From Spironucleus salmonicida (lineage: Eukaryota): DNA of 64,000 nucleotides. The notes below the pieces were generated by a model. The model ran no database searches. It worked only from the letters and a program-made list of their open reading frames with translations, and was not told the origin of the DNA. The translations under genes and the position numbers were made by a program. Each line of letters opens with the position of its first letter. Position 1 is the first letter of the stretch. Below, one piece after another: positions 62,036 to 64,000 of this stretch. The stretch covers positions 1,426,001 through 1,490,000 of the forward strand of contig NC_090596.1 in NCBI RefSeq assembly GCF_000497125.1, written 5' to 3'.

Positions 62036-64000
62036 TCACAATGCTAATGCTTGCAATTTTAAATTTGGCAGCACTATTTCGTCATCTTCAGGCATAACTT
62101 CTAAAATAATCTCGACATTCGCGTCAATTATATTGCCTTCTTTATTTCCAGCTCTAATCACCTCTCTGATCTTCATTAGTTTCTTTTCTGGTTTATCCAT
62201 AAAGCCCATAAATAGCGCTCTTGGACCAACAGTAATGGAGTCAATTTTAACTTAATGTTTGTTTTAAACGAAATCTAACACTTATTATATTGTTGGATCA
62301 CCTTCCATTATCATTTAATCCCAAACTGTTAAAAATTTACCGTTGCCAATGTCCATTTTTGTACAACATTCATTCTCAGCAATCTATAACAATGGTAGAG
62401 CAAAATTCATAAATATTTACTTATAGTCTTCTAGTTTATCAAATTTAAAGCATAATTTAAAATATTCTATTCCAATATGACCACAAATAGCTGCAGTGCT
62501 TGTAATCATAGCTGGAATAATATTCCCTGAAACTCTACGAATTTCGTGATTTGACACAGTTGGAATTGAGTACGATTCTGCTCTGAGATTAGCAAACCCT
62601 GATACAAACTCAACATGTCCGTTACTAGGATCATCTTTCTCGTATGTTACTGGTATTTAGAGATTTTTAGGTCTATGCTTAATTTAATTCTAAAGGAAAA
62701 CCTAAAGATCGGCAATTGACTTCAAGTCGTCTATTTGAGAGCTCTGAGTTGCAAACTAGTCTGCATTAGCTATATTACTATTGATTTATTTAAAATATAA
62801 TTCAATTTATTAAATAAGCATAGTTTAATCAATTTAAAATTTATAAATTTAACTTAATATCAATAATAGTCCCTAAATAAACTAAATATGAAATTTATTC
62901 TTGATATCAAAATTAATACATTTAGGAGGCCTCTTTTCGGCTAACCAGAATGCGGAGCCATCTTTATTTTTAGAATCTATTGGAAATTATTAAAGCAATG
63001 TTTCCGGACCCTCAAAAAAATACTTTCTAAATAAAGAAAATGCAAATTTAATACATTTATCTTAAGAGTTCATTTCTAATTATGTAAAAGTTAATATTTA
63101 TTATATACGTTTTTTCATAGAAGATTACTCTTTAAAAATATTTTCTGCGAATTCAGTCATTTAATCAGAATTTTTAGAGTTAAATAGTAACTACAAATCT
63201 TCTTATGCCTTCATAAATAAACCATTGAATTCGCTCATAACATAAACTATACAATGAGTAATGTTATTAGGGAAATTATGAATTGTGCATGCCGGAGCTT
63301 CAGAAGTTTATTAGTCCACTGTAGCTGAGTAAATTTGAGTAAGTCTCGGGACTACTATTTAAGTATTAGATTTCTATCCTAATGTACCTGATTCTAGTAA
63401 TGGTTTATTATATTCTACACATTTTCCATCAACAAATCTACGTGTTTCAGTATTATCTAAAGCATTACAAATAATAGTTTGACTGTTCCAAAAATCTGAT
63501 GATAATGGGTTAGATGAACCTACTCTAGCTGTCAGCGCCTCGATATTGATTCCAGGGTTCATTTCCTAAGCTTTTTCCGCAGCGACTGATGATTTCATCT
63601 TTCCAGAGTCTTTTTCCCTGAATAAAAATTATCTTGATAAATTAGAGTTTTCAATTGAATCTAAATCAGTGATAGTGAGCATGGTGTTCTCTTCAGTGCA
63701 AGCACCAGATAAAGCAAAAAGCTTAATAAGTTCACAACCTAATGCTCCAGCTCCAACCAAAAAAACAGATTAATTTTGAATCATCTATTATTTTTTAATA
63801 CCAAATGCAGCTATCTGACCATCATATCGGTTATTTCTTAGCTGAGCATCTTCTGGAAATTCCTTAATTAGTTCAAATGCATCAAAATAGAAGAATTGCT
63901 ATAATGGTGTGAATTTTCCAGATACAGCCTTTAACGCCTCTTACGCACCCCATGCAGCAATAATAGAAGAAACTGAAGCAATTTGTGCCATATTTTATCC
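62036..64000 (-). CDS. UBA1: Ubiquitin-activating enzyme E1 (5'-partial, runs off the window)
   Basis: FLVGAGALGCELIK, IENSNLSRQFLFR, NALDN, ESGTLG, active site PACTIHNFP, YEKDDPSNGH, GNIIPAMITSTA. Confidence 0.95.

Overview
Gene-dense, apparently intronless, AT-rich eukaryotic DNA read with a non-standard genetic code: TAA/TAG = Gln, and TGA is the only stop. The supplied ORF track therefore fragments almost every gene. The code, the tiny intergenic gaps and the many stops in the context AG-TGA point to a hexamitid diplomonad such as Spironucleus (inference). Hand translation gives about 50 CDS. Recognisable ones include TcdA, CNNM, MsrA, TRM11, ARL13B-like, a BK/Slo-type K+ channel, two CCDC81-like paralogs, a frameshifted GDPD, ethanolamine kinase, two bromodomain proteins, ZPR1, a PPP phosphatase, an ApgM-type phosphoglycerate mutase, an atypical two-domain E2F, NAA10, dolichol kinase-like, Nup98-like and partial UBA1. 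Two observations stand out. (1) Three paralogs of an apparently actin-fold (Arp-like) gene have divergent AT-rich ends around a near-identical core of about 70% GC, in inverted and direct orientation; only one copy is intact. This suggests a gene-conversion or cassette-shuffling system. (2) Two ZNF598/Hel2-like RING-zinc-finger genes carry a C-terminal domain resembling Maelstrom, which could be a ribosome-collision sensor/RNase fusion. All family calls come from motif recognition by eye, not database searches.
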